The notes under the pieces are model-generated. The model did no database searches. It was not told the DNA's origin and was given only the letters and a program-made list of their open reading frames with translations. Positions 1-7,401 of a stretch of DNA of 32,000 nucleotides are shown here, piece after piece. A program made the translations under genes and the position numbers. The stretch spans positions 30,001 to 62,000 of the forward strand of contig PBAU01000002.1 of assembly GCA_002716355.1 (NCBI GenBank), in the 5' to 3' direction. The DNA is from a bacterium. GTDB taxonomy: Bacteria > UBP7 > UBA6624. Positions within the stretch are counted from its first letter, which is position 1. The number at the start of each line of letters is the position of its first letter.

Positions 1-350
1 AAGGAAAAACTTCTATCTAGTGGTATCCCGGCTTTTTGAGCCAGGTATTCAAGGGTGTGTTTATCCCAATCACGAGTTTGTGCAGCAACCAAAAGGTCAG
101 AAATCTCTTCTGGAGAACCTTCAATCTCCTGAACTTTAGAGCAAAACTGAACCGGATCAGAACAGACATCAAGTGATTTGTCTCCAAGATGCAATTTTGT
201 CTTGAGGTATTGGTGTGCAATGCCAGTGGGTGGCGTTCCAAGAAAAACATAAGGCTCTTGTGGGTGCCTTGTTTTTTTTTCTTTGGTTTTTTTAAGCCAG
301 AAGCCTGGCTTGTGTTTGGCAACGATGCTTTGAGCGGCATAAACCGCCAA
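1..350 (-). CDS. hypothetical protein, partial (3' end lies beyond the left window edge; absent from the supplied ORF track)
   Basis: I checked every minus-strand codon in the frame occupying plus-strand positions 3k..3k+2, and it is open from 383 down to position 3. It encodes a compositionally normal peptide: ..GDDALAVYAAQSIVAKHKPGFWLKKTKEKKTRHPQEPYVFLGTPPTGIAHQYLKTKLHLGDKSLDVCSDPVQFCSKVQEIEGSPEEISDLLVAAQTRDWDKHTLEYLAQKAGIPLDRSFS. There is no in-frame ATG. TTG at 350-348, preceded by GGGTGA, is my best start guess; CTG at 380-378 is an alternative. I do not recognise the family. Confidence 0.5.
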   Translation of the reverse strand, partial: MAVYAAQSIVAKHKPGFWLKKTKEKKTRHPQEPYVFLGTPPTGIAHQYLKTKLHLGDKSLDVCSDPVQFCSKVQEIEGSPEEISDLLVAAQTRDWDKHTLEYLAQKAGIPLDRSFS

Positions 351-383
351 AGCATCATCACCCTGTATGTTTCTATTCAGGAA

Positions 384-1721
384 CTAAAAGCTGCCTTTTA
401 CATTCCATGACAGTTGCCAATTGTTGTCATTGTTGCCCGATTCATTACCCCAGTCAAGCACCCAAGACATCTTTACATTATCAGCAGCCTGTCTGGATAA
501 ACCTAATGATAGGTAGTCAACATTGTTTCGGAAAGAACCAAACATGTTTGATGTAACGCCTGTTTTCCTCCACGCAATGCTTCCATCCCAGCCGTCAAGC
601 AAGTTTATATTTGTCTTGATCTCATAGCTGCTGTCGCCACTGTTTTGTGATGCAGCATCCCAGAGATAAGTAATATTAAGATCTTTGTTTATAAGATTTA
701 ATGTAGACGCAATGCTTCCAACCTTACCACCTGCATTTTCAGTCCAACCAAAAGTGCCAGGAAGGCCGAAGACCAATGAATCTGATGTTGCTTGCAGGAA
801 TGTAATCTCACTCATCGTGCTTGCATTGTTATCATCCATCCAACCTGTAACAAATCTATAATCCTTCAATTCACCGCCTATCACAGCACCCTCGAATGCC
901 TGGTAAGGATTCCATGAGAAATTGGACTGTGTCCAGAAAGGTTCAAACCTTCCAACTACATAATCCAAACCATTTGCAGATGATTTGCCGTTGTAAACCA
1001 TGTATGTTTCATGAAGGTCAAAAGCCCAATTCCTTGAATCACCGTTTACGTTTCCATCAAAATCATTTGATGTTACAGGTACCCATGGCCCCCCTCTCAT
1101 AAACATGTTTCTTCCGCCGACAGCCATGTCGTCCATTTCGGTTTGCAAAGACATTCCGAACATGAAGTCACCTGATTCATGGGCCATATCCATTCTCATG
1201 TGACCCCATAGGTTTTCTGTATTGTTGCCCCCGCCTTGCTGTTCGCTCAATTCAAAACCATAAGTAAAAGCAAAACCTGGACCGCCACCTGGGCCAATCC
1301 TGCTGATTCTGTCATCAAGATTCTCAACCTCACTCCAGAGGTCCATAACCTCACCAGAAAGAGCATCGATTCTCAATTCATTAGCGGCAATTGCAGCCCT
1401 AACTTCATCAAGCTCAGCGTCAAATTCACTTCTCAACATGGCCATTAGGCCAGAAACGTCATCAGGGGTTCCACCCTCGCTTCCGCCAAATCGCATAGCC
1501 AGGTCTCTTTCAAGCCTTGCAAGCATAACTGCCCATTCGTATCTTGTCATTTTCTCATCGCCTTTAAACTCCTCATCAGGGTATCCAATCACATAGCCTT
1601 TTGCTGCAAGGTATTCAACAGCATCGTATGCCCAATGATCTACAGGAACATCATCAAAAGCTCCTGCCTTCAGGTTAAAAGAAAACACAAATGCTAGTGC
1701 TATCAATAAGATATTTTTCAT
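384..1721 (-). CDS. SLH-domain outer-membrane porin (OmpM/SomA-like: signal peptide, SLH domain, coiled coil, beta-barrel)
   Basis: Signal peptide MKNILLIALAFVFSFNLKA. SLH motif FDDVPVDHWAYDAVEYLAAKGYVIGYPDEEFKGDEKMTRYEWAVMLARL. Heptad-like stretch LRSEFDAELDEVRAAIAANELRIDALSGEVMDLWSEVENLDDRI. The C-terminal ~300 aa are rich in Gly, Asn and aromatics and end in NVKGSF (terminal Phe is typical of OM barrels). GGAGG lies ~10 nt upstream of the ATG. Confidence 0.8.
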   Translation of the reverse strand: MKNILLIALAFVFSFNLKAGAFDDVPVDHWAYDAVEYLAAKGYVIGYPDEEFKGDEKMTRYEWAVMLARLERDLAMRFGGSEGGTPDDVSGLMAMLRSEFDAELDEVRAAIAANELRIDALSGEVMDLWSEVENLDDRISRIGPGGGPGFAFTYGFELSEQQGGGNNTENLWGHMRMDMAHESGDFMFGMSLQTEMDDMAVGGRNMFMRGGPWVPVTSNDFDGNVNGDSRNWAFDLHETYMVYNGKSSANGLDYVVGRFEPFWTQSNFSWNPYQAFEGAVIGGELKDYRFVTGWMDDNNASTMSEITFLQATSDSLVFGLPGTFGWTENAGGKVGSIASTLNLINKDLNITYLWDAASQNSGDSSYEIKTNINLLDGWDGSIAWRKTGVTSNMFGSFRNNVDYLSLGLSRQAADNVKMSWVLDWGNESGNNDNNWQLSWNVKGSF

Positions 1722-1758
1722 AGTTCACAAACCTCCAAAAAAATAGTTACTCTATTAG

Positions 1759-1764
1759 ATTATA
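1759..1764 (-). promoter_or_regulatory. candidate -10 box (TATAAT on the minus strand) upstream of the porin gene
   Basis: Plus-strand attata at 1759-1764 reads TATAAT on the minus strand, ~38 nt upstream of the porin ATG (1721). I saw no convincing -35 element. Confidence 0.25.
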
Positions 1765-1784
1765 GGGATATATTTGTTTTCTGG

Positions 1785-2105
1785 TTATTTTTTAAAGGGA
1801 AACAAAAGAAAGATTGAGTTAAATATAGCGCAAAAGCTTCCCAAACCTAACAAATCGACTGAGTTGCGACTGATAACCAATGTTGATCCAATGTTGAGAC
1901 AGACTGAGAAAAAAAGCAACCACGACATTAATGTAAGGTTTTTGTCTTCTTTGTAATTTTTAGCTATAGCCAGTACTACACAAGACACTATCAAAAGCAC
2001 CTTAACTGCTGAAGTTTCATTTAGTGTTGTGCTGCTGTACCATGGAAGAAAACCGCCAAGCAAGCTAATTACAAGTGATGTGATTGTTTTTTTATTCACT
2101 TTCAC
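1785..2105 (-). CDS. small hypothetical membrane protein
   Basis: 106-aa ORF with 3 hydrophobic segments (ITSLVISLLGGFLPW, VKVLLIVSCVVLAIA, LMSWLLFFSVCLNIGSTLVI). It overlaps the 3' end of pgeF by 14 nt on the same strand. I recognise no family. Confidence 0.45.
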   Translation of the reverse strand: MKVNKKTITSLVISLLGGFLPWYSSTTLNETSAVKVLLIVSCVVLAIAKNYKEDKNLTLMSWLLFFSVCLNIGSTLVISRNSVDLLGLGSFCAIFNSIFLLFPFKK

Positions 2106-2676
2106 TAATTTCCATTTTTATCCAATTAAAACCTTTCTTATAGCCTCTCTTGGAGGCAAAACCTGTTGAACAAATTGTACATTCCTGATTGAAGCTTATA
2201 TTTTCACCTAGTTGACTCCTTAAAATTTTACCCATGTTGAGAAAAGATTTATTGTCTCGATTAATCAAGAAGGGTTTTCCAAAGTGTTCCATGCCTTGTT
2301 TTTTTCCAAATTCATAACAGCACTCTTTAGCAAAAGGGAAAACATGTATATCAACCTCTCCGTTAAAAAAACCTTGCATCTTTTGGCATATTCCGGAAGC
2401 AATGCCCCTCCAGCCTGCGTGAACTATTCCTGCAGATTTTGCCCCAACAAATGCAACGCAAGTGCAATCTGCAGTTTTAATCCAATACCGTCCTGCCTTG
2501 GTTGCAAAAATACCATCAGCAGCTAAATTGTTATGTTGCGGGTTTTTTAATATTTTAGTTTCATGTTTTTGCTGCAACCTTATACCTTCTTTTGGCATAT
2601 ATGGTGGCAAATAGAGCGAAAAGGTAACCTTTTTATTCAGTTTGGAAAACCATTTCATCATTATGGATATTATCAT
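2092..2676 (-). CDS. pgeF: YfiH/PgeF (DUF152, laccase-domain) family protein, N-terminally short
   Basis: Family motifs are present: TADCTCV (ADCxPV-type), VHAGWRGIASGI (HAGWRG) and ECTICSTGFASKRG (CTxC...fSxRR). It is only 194 aa versus ~240-250 for typical members. The usual N-terminal ~50 aa are missing, and the ORF ends 11 bp from the divergent tRNA. Confidence 0.75.
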   Translation of the reverse strand: MIISIMMKWFSKLNKKVTFSLYLPPYMPKEGIRLQQKHETKILKNPQHNNLAADGIFATKAGRYWIKTADCTCVAFVGAKSAGIVHAGWRGIASGICQKMQGFFNGEVDIHVFPFAKECCYEFGKKQGMEHFGKPFLINRDNKSFLNMGKILRSQLGENISFNQECTICSTGFASKRGYKKGFNWIKMEISESE

Positions 2677-2687
2677 TTAATATTGCT

Positions 2688-2770
2688 GCCGGTGTGGCGG
2701 AATGGTAGACGCGACGGACTTAAAATCCGTTGTCCGCAAGGACGTGGGGGTTCGAGTCCCTTCGCCGGCA
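2688..2770 (+). tRNA. tRNA-Leu (anticodon UAA), class II with a long variable arm, no encoded CCA
   Basis: Hand-folded cloverleaf. Acceptor GCCGGTG/CGCCGGC (one G-U pair) with discriminator A. D stem GCG/CGC with loop GAATGGTAGA. Anticodon stem ACGGA/TCCGT with loop CTTAAAA. Variable arm TGTCCGCAAGGACGT (stem GTCC/GGAC). T arm GGGGG-TTCGAGT-CCCTT. Total 83 nt. Confidence 0.9.
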
Positions 2771-2781
2771 TGCTTAATATT

Positions 2782-3255
2782 ATGGATGTTTTAATTGGGC
2801 AAAAACTTGCAAAACTAAGGCAACAAAAGGGTCTTACCCTAAATGATGTTGCCAAAGAGGTGGGGATATCTGCTGTATACATCTCTCTATTGGAAAGAGG
2901 GTTAAGAAAAAACCCAAGCAAAGAAGTCTTGAAAAGATTGGTTAGCCTTTATGGTGTCTCTGAAACAAGCTTGCTTAAGCCAGGATCCTCGTCGCCACCT
3001 GTTGAGGATGATTCTGGTGGTGTTGATTACACACAAACTCAAGTAACACCTGGAGCTATACCGAAAAATCCTCAGGGTATTCCTGTATCTGTTCGTCGTT
3101 TTTTAGAGAGTGAAGATGCTGATTTCCTAAGGCCAAGTGCCGGTGAAATACGAATCCTCGTTGCATGGGCGAGAAAAAACCACCATGCATCCCCTGAAGA
3201 AGTTATGTTTTATCTTATTGAGAAAGTGAGGCCATCACTACCAAAACAATTTTGA
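2782..3255 (+). CDS. XRE-family helix-turn-helix transcriptional regulator with an uncharacterised C-terminal domain
   Basis: N-terminal HTH_3 pattern: IGQKLAKLRQQKGLTLNDVAKEVGISAVYISLLERGLRKNPSKEVLKRLVSLYGV. The track ORF (2563..3255) runs through the tRNA, so I trimmed it to the ATG at 2782. An alternative ATG at 2770 shares its A with the last tRNA base. I do not recognise the C-terminal ~90 aa. Confidence 0.7.
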   Translation: MDVLIGQKLAKLRQQKGLTLNDVAKEVGISAVYISLLERGLRKNPSKEVLKRLVSLYGVSETSLLKPGSSSPPVEDDSGGVDYTQTQVTPGAIPKNPQGIPVSVRRFLESEDADFLRPSAGEIRILVAWARKNHHASPEEVMFYLIEKVRPSLPKQF

Positions 3256-4421
3256 AATCTGTTTGGATTGTTTCTGCCCAGAGGACGCCGATTGGAAAAT
3301 TTGGTGGTGGTTTTAAGGATTTTAATGCTGTTGACCTGGGTGTGCTGGCAACACAAAAAACCATTGCGCAAAGTGTTTTTGATGCAAAGGATGTTGATTT
3401 AACAATTTTTGGACATGGAAGACAGGGTGGAAGCGGACCAAATCCCTCAAGGCAAATTGCAATTCGATCTGGTTTGAATGAATCGACAACCTCATACACC
3501 GTAAATCAAGCTTGTGCATCTAGTCTTTTAGCAATAAAACATGCTTTTTATGAACTTCAAAATGGTAACTCTAAAGCAATAATTGCTGGCGGTATAGAGT
3601 CAATGAGCTCTCTTCCCCATTACCTATTTGAATCCAGATGGGGCAAGGGTTACGGAAACATCAAGGGTTGGGATGCCAACTATAAAGATGGATTCTTTTG
3701 CCCTTTAGCAAATCAACTAATGGGTTTAACGGCTGAAACACTTGCAAAAGAGGCTCAAATAGACAGGCGGATGCAAGAAGAATTTGCTATTCAAAGCCAC
3801 AACAAAGCACAAAACGCTTCCAATAATGGAATTTTTAAAAATGAAATGTTCGATGTAAAAACAAAAAAATCAACAATCACAAAAGACGAAACGATTCGAG
3901 AGAATCCAGATCCCAAAAAATTAGCAAAATTACCCACTGTTTTCTTAAGTCAAGAAAAAGGTGGAACTGTCACTGCTGGAACCAGCTGTTCTATGGCAGA
4001 TGGAGCTGCGTCAATGCTTCTTGTTGGCGACATATCTCCTCCACCTGGCGCTTTAGCTAAAATTGTTGGATTTTGTGACACTGGTGTGGCGCCAACACAT
4101 ATGGGAATTGGACCTGTGTCAACATGTCAAAAATTAGAAAAGATAACCAATTGGAAAACCTCTAGTTACCAACATGTTGAGCTTAATGAGGCGTTCGCTG
4201 CGCAGGTTTTAGCATGTCAACAACACCTTAACATAAAAAAGAACAGACTGAACCCTTATGGTGGCGCGATAGCTCTTGGACACCCTATTGGATGTACTGG
4301 TGCAAGAATTGCCACAACATTGTCACACTCAATAAAAAGAATGGGCAAGGGCACGCGTGGCTTGGCAACATTATGTGTAAGTGGCGGCATGGGTTTTGCT
4401 CTTGCCCTTGAAAGCTGCTAG
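3252..4421 (+). CDS. acetyl-CoA C-acetyltransferase (thiolase II)
   Basis: N-terminus VWIVSAQRTPIGKFGG. Active-site Cys context VNQACASSL. C-terminal NEAFAAQ, GGAIALGHPIGCTGARI and LCVSGGMG motifs. The TTG start overlaps the XRE stop (TTTGA). Confidence 0.9.
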   Translation: MKSVWIVSAQRTPIGKFGGGFKDFNAVDLGVLATQKTIAQSVFDAKDVDLTIFGHGRQGGSGPNPSRQIAIRSGLNESTTSYTVNQACASSLLAIKHAFYELQNGNSKAIIAGGIESMSSLPHYLFESRWGKGYGNIKGWDANYKDGFFCPLANQLMGLTAETLAKEAQIDRRMQEEFAIQSHNKAQNASNNGIFKNEMFDVKTKKSTITKDETIRENPDPKKLAKLPTVFLSQEKGGTVTAGTSCSMADGAASMLLVGDISPPPGALAKIVGFCDTGVAPTHMGIGPVSTCQKLEKITNWKTSSYQHVELNEAFAAQVLACQQHLNIKKNRLNPYGGAIALGHPIGCTGARIATTLSHSIKRMGKGTRGLATLCVSGGMGFALALESC

Positions 4422-5302
4422 GGTAAAACACTTAAGGCAAAACTTGTTGTTAACCATGTTATAAACATGAAAACAACCACCGTACCCATTTCACCATGTT
4501 TTTGTTTGAAGATATGGTGAATGTGTCTTTGATCAGGTTGGGATATTTTTTTAAATAATTTTAAAAGTGTTCTTTTTTCCCCTTTCCTGAAGGGGGCCCT
4601 TCTTATAATAGCCCAAAAAACATCCAGGAAAGGCAAAAAGAAAAACAAAATAAAAAATTGAAAATGAATATCTGGATCAAATAATTCAGGTCCTCCAATT
4701 TGTGTAATTGAAATCCAAAATGCTATTGATCCGAGCAACAATGATCCGGAATCACCAAGATAAATGTGTTTATTTTTCAAACTTGAATAACCAGCCCCCA
4801 AAACAATAAAAGAAATTGCGAAATGCTGTCCTGACTGAAGGAATAAAACAAAACACAAAAGGGGCAGTAAACCATTAACACCGTCTAGAAAGTTAAACCC
4901 GTTAATGACTAACAACCCTAAAAGCAACAAAAAAACTAACTGATTTAAATTTAAATCGAAATTAGACAAAAACCAACAAATAACAATGGCTTGTAAAAAC
5001 AATTTTTTTAAAGCTTTCATGTCGTGCAAATCGTCAAAAAAACCTATCATGAAAAACCCAAGAAATAAAAATGGCACATAAGGTGTTAAGAGCTGTATAT
5101 CGATGCTGAGACTGTCATAAATGAAAAAACATGCAAATAAACCAAACACAATTGCCCAGCCTCCTACAAGTCTTCCGGGGTTGTTCTTGTTTCCTGTTTG
5201 TCTTTGTTTGAAAATGTCTGCATCCTTAGAGCTCTTAGAAAAATAAAAAGACAGACATGTTGTCAGGGTGAATGAGAAAATTGCGGTAAAAAAATCAGTC
5301 AT
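4418..5302 (-). CDS. glycosyltransferase family 4 polyprenyl-phosphate sugar-1-phosphate transferase (WecA/MraY family)
   Basis: Polytopic membrane protein with FFDDLHDM (DD motif), INGFNFLDGVNGL (NxxNxxDGxDGL) and YLGDSGSLLLG motifs. Its stop shares the CTAG at 4418-4421 with the convergent thiolase gene. Confidence 0.8.
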   Translation of the reverse strand: MTDFFTAIFSFTLTTCLSFYFSKSSKDADIFKQRQTGNKNNPGRLVGGWAIVFGLFACFFIYDSLSIDIQLLTPYVPFLFLGFFMIGFFDDLHDMKALKKLFLQAIVICWFLSNFDLNLNQLVFLLLLGLLVINGFNFLDGVNGLLPLLCFVLFLQSGQHFAISFIVLGAGYSSLKNKHIYLGDSGSLLLGSIAFWISITQIGGPELFDPDIHFQFFILFFFLPFLDVFWAIIRRAPFRKGEKRTLLKLFKKISQPDQRHIHHIFKQKHGEMGTVVVFMFITWLTTSFALSVLP

Positions 5303-5326
5303 TATTTGGTTTTTGGCTGAAAAAAA

Positions 5327-7375
5327 TCAAATATCTATATTCATTACTTTTGTTGCATTTTTCTGAATGAAAATTTTTCTTTCTGAAACGTCTTTGCCCA
5401 TCAGGGATGTAAATGTGTTTTCGGCATCCACAACATCTTCAACCTTTACTCTTTCTAAAATTCTTGTTTCCGGATCCATGGTGGTTTCCCAAAGTTCATC
5501 TGCATCCATCTCACCCAAACCTTTAAACCTCATAATGGTGGGGTTTCTTCCTTCCCACTTTTCCAAAAGAGCTTCCTTTTCCCTTTCATCTATAACATAC
5601 TTTTCATCTTTGCCTGCTCTTATTTTGTACAACGGGGGTCGGGCTGCATATATATGTCCATTTTCAATCAATGACGGCATGTGTCTGTAAAAAAATGTTA
5701 GCAAAAGTGTTTTAATATGTGCACCATCAACATCCGCATCGGTCATAAATATAATCTTGTTGTATCTCAACTTTTGTGCGTTAACCCCTGTTTGTGCAAT
5801 TGATGCTCGTTCGCTTAATGGGAAAATTCTTCGAACTGTTTTTGCTCCCTCTTGCATTTCAGCATCTGGGAACTCTTGTTCAAAATCCTCATCACTCATG
5901 TATTCAGTCCTTGGCGTAAACCCTATGCCTATTGCCTGGATGAGAGCTTTGATCTCTTCATTGTTAAGCCATCTCGATTCAGTGTTGGCTTTTTCAACAT
6001 TTAAAATTTTACCCCTGAGCGGTAAAACAGCTTGGAAATGGGGATCGCGAGCTTGTTTGGAGTTGCCGCCTGCGGAGTCACCCTCGACAATAAAGAGTTC
6101 TGTTCTTGTTCTATCTTTTGAAATGCAGTCTGTAAGTTTTCCTGGAAGAACCCCGCTTCCCAGGTTCTCCTTGCTTCTTTCCAGGTCAAAAGCCTTTTTG
6201 GCTCTTTGGCTGGCTTTAGCGATGGTCACAGCGAGTAAAACAATTTTTCTGGCCTCTTGCGGGTGTTGTTCCAACCATCTGTAAAAATCACCAGAGACAG
6301 TTGAGTGAACAGCGCCTTTCGCAACAGTGCTACCGAGTTTACCTTTTGTCTGTCCTTCAAATTGTGGTTCATGCAAGCGTACAGTCACAATTGCTTGCAT
6401 TCCATATCTAATTGATTCACCGTCAACAGAAACATCCTTATCTTCCAATTTGTAATCTTTCATGTATTTCAATAAAGTTCTTGTTACACCTGTGTTTAAA
6501 CCAGTAACATGCGTTCCTCCACCTTGTGTTCGAATATTGTTAACAAAAGACAACGTTTCGCCTCTTTTTTGTGTTAAAAACTGAAGTGTTAGCTCCACGT
6601 GTACAACTGGTCCATTTTTAGTCTTAGCTTCTTTTGCACAAAAAAACGGTGTTGTTAATAGTGTGGTGTCGTTTTCTGTTAAGTCTTCTATGTATTCAGC
6701 TATGCCGCCCTCGTGGATGAATTCTTCAATGTAAACATCCACATCCCTTAGGTCCTCAAGGATGATCTTTAATCCAGGATTAAGGTAAGCCAGCTCTTTT
6801 AATCTTCTTTTTAAAGTTTTTACATTGAAGATAATTCCTTCTTTGAAAATTTGACTGTCTGGAAAAAATTGTATCTTTGTGCCTCTTGCTTTAGTTTTTC
6901 CTACCTCTTTTAAGGATGAGGTTAACTGTCCTCTTGAATAATCGATTTCATATTCCTTGCCATCCCTATAAACCCTTGCTTTCAGCCATTCCGAAAGAGC
7001 ATTCACACATGAAACACCAACACCATGCAAGCCACCTGAAACTTTATAGGTTTTATCATCAAACTTACCACCTGCATGTAGGGTTCCCAGAACCAGCTCT
7101 ATTGCTGGAACTTTTTTAATTTTGTGCATGTCAACAGGGATGCCTCGACCGTTATCCTCGACTTCACATGAACCATCTTCCATAAGCCTTACAGTAATTT
7201 GAGTACACTCGCCTGCCATTGCTTCGTCTATAGAGTTGTCAACAACCTCCCAAACCAAATGATGCAAACCGGCTTCTGCAGTGTCGCCTATGTACATAGC
7301 TGGACGCTTTCTTACTGCCTCCAAGCCCTCTAAAACTGTTATTTGATCGGAAGTGTATTTGTTATTTTTTGCCAT
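5327..7375 (-). CDS. gyrB: DNA gyrase subunit B
   Basis: GHKL ATPase N-terminus (LEGLEAVRKRPAMYIGDT, HHLVWEVVDNSIDEA, GLHGVG). Toprim motifs EGDSAGG, PLRGKILNVE and DADVDGAHI. C-terminal RFKGLGEM. Confidence 0.97.
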   Translation of the reverse strand: MAKNNKYTSDQITVLEGLEAVRKRPAMYIGDTAEAGLHHLVWEVVDNSIDEAMAGECTQITVRLMEDGSCEVEDNGRGIPVDMHKIKKVPAIELVLGTLHAGGKFDDKTYKVSGGLHGVGVSCVNALSEWLKARVYRDGKEYEIDYSRGQLTSSLKEVGKTKARGTKIQFFPDSQIFKEGIIFNVKTLKRRLKELAYLNPGLKIILEDLRDVDVYIEEFIHEGGIAEYIEDLTENDTTLLTTPFFCAKEAKTKNGPVVHVELTLQFLTQKRGETLSFVNNIRTQGGGTHVTGLNTGVTRTLLKYMKDYKLEDKDVSVDGESIRYGMQAIVTVRLHEPQFEGQTKGKLGSTVAKGAVHSTVSGDFYRWLEQHPQEARKIVLLAVTIAKASQRAKKAFDLERSKENLGSGVLPGKLTDCISKDRTRTELFIVEGDSAGGNSKQARDPHFQAVLPLRGKILNVEKANTESRWLNNEEIKALIQAIGIGFTPRTEYMSDEDFEQEFPDAEMQEGAKTVRRIFPLSERASIAQTGVNAQKLRYNKIIFMTDADVDGAHIKTLLLTFFYRHMPSLIENGHIYAARPPLYKIRAGKDEKYVIDEREKEALLEKWEGRNPTIMRFKGLGEMDADELWETTMDPETRILERVKVEDVVDAENTFTSLMGKDVSERKIFIQKNATKVMNIDI

Positions 7376-7401
7376 TATTTTTATTGTACCGGTTTTTAAA
7401 T

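Noticed and set aside
384-386. Possible TAG read-through fusing the porin to the downstream in-frame ORF
   Set aside because: The porin ends with a canonical C-terminal Phe barrel signature just before the TAG. A shared frame is expected by chance one time in three, and there is no recoding signal.
17-410. Track ORFs 17..361 (-) and 189..410 (+)
   Set aside because: Both give odd, low-complexity peptides (e.g. KKPKKKKQGTH, VPCFFFFGFFKP). They overlap a third frame that is open to the window edge and has normal composition, so I treat them as out-of-frame artefacts.
2563-2781. N-terminal 73 codons of track ORF 2563..3255 (+)
   Set aside because: This part runs antisense through pgeF and straight through the tRNA-Leu gene. 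The recognisable XRE HTH begins only after the ATGs at 2770 and 2782.
2688-3255. Integrated mobile element at the tRNA-Leu 3' end (XRE gene as a prophage or island remnant)
   Set aside because: I found no integrase, recombinase or other phage-like gene, and no direct repeat of the tRNA 3' end. The XRE gene is translationally coupled to a housekeeping thiolase.
5757-6284. 175-aa plus-strand ORF inside gyrB, plus other long antisense ORFs in gyrB, the PGM-like gene, dnaN and dnaA
   Set aside because: All lie opposite strongly supported genes and have Ser/Leu/Cys-rich shadow-frame composition.
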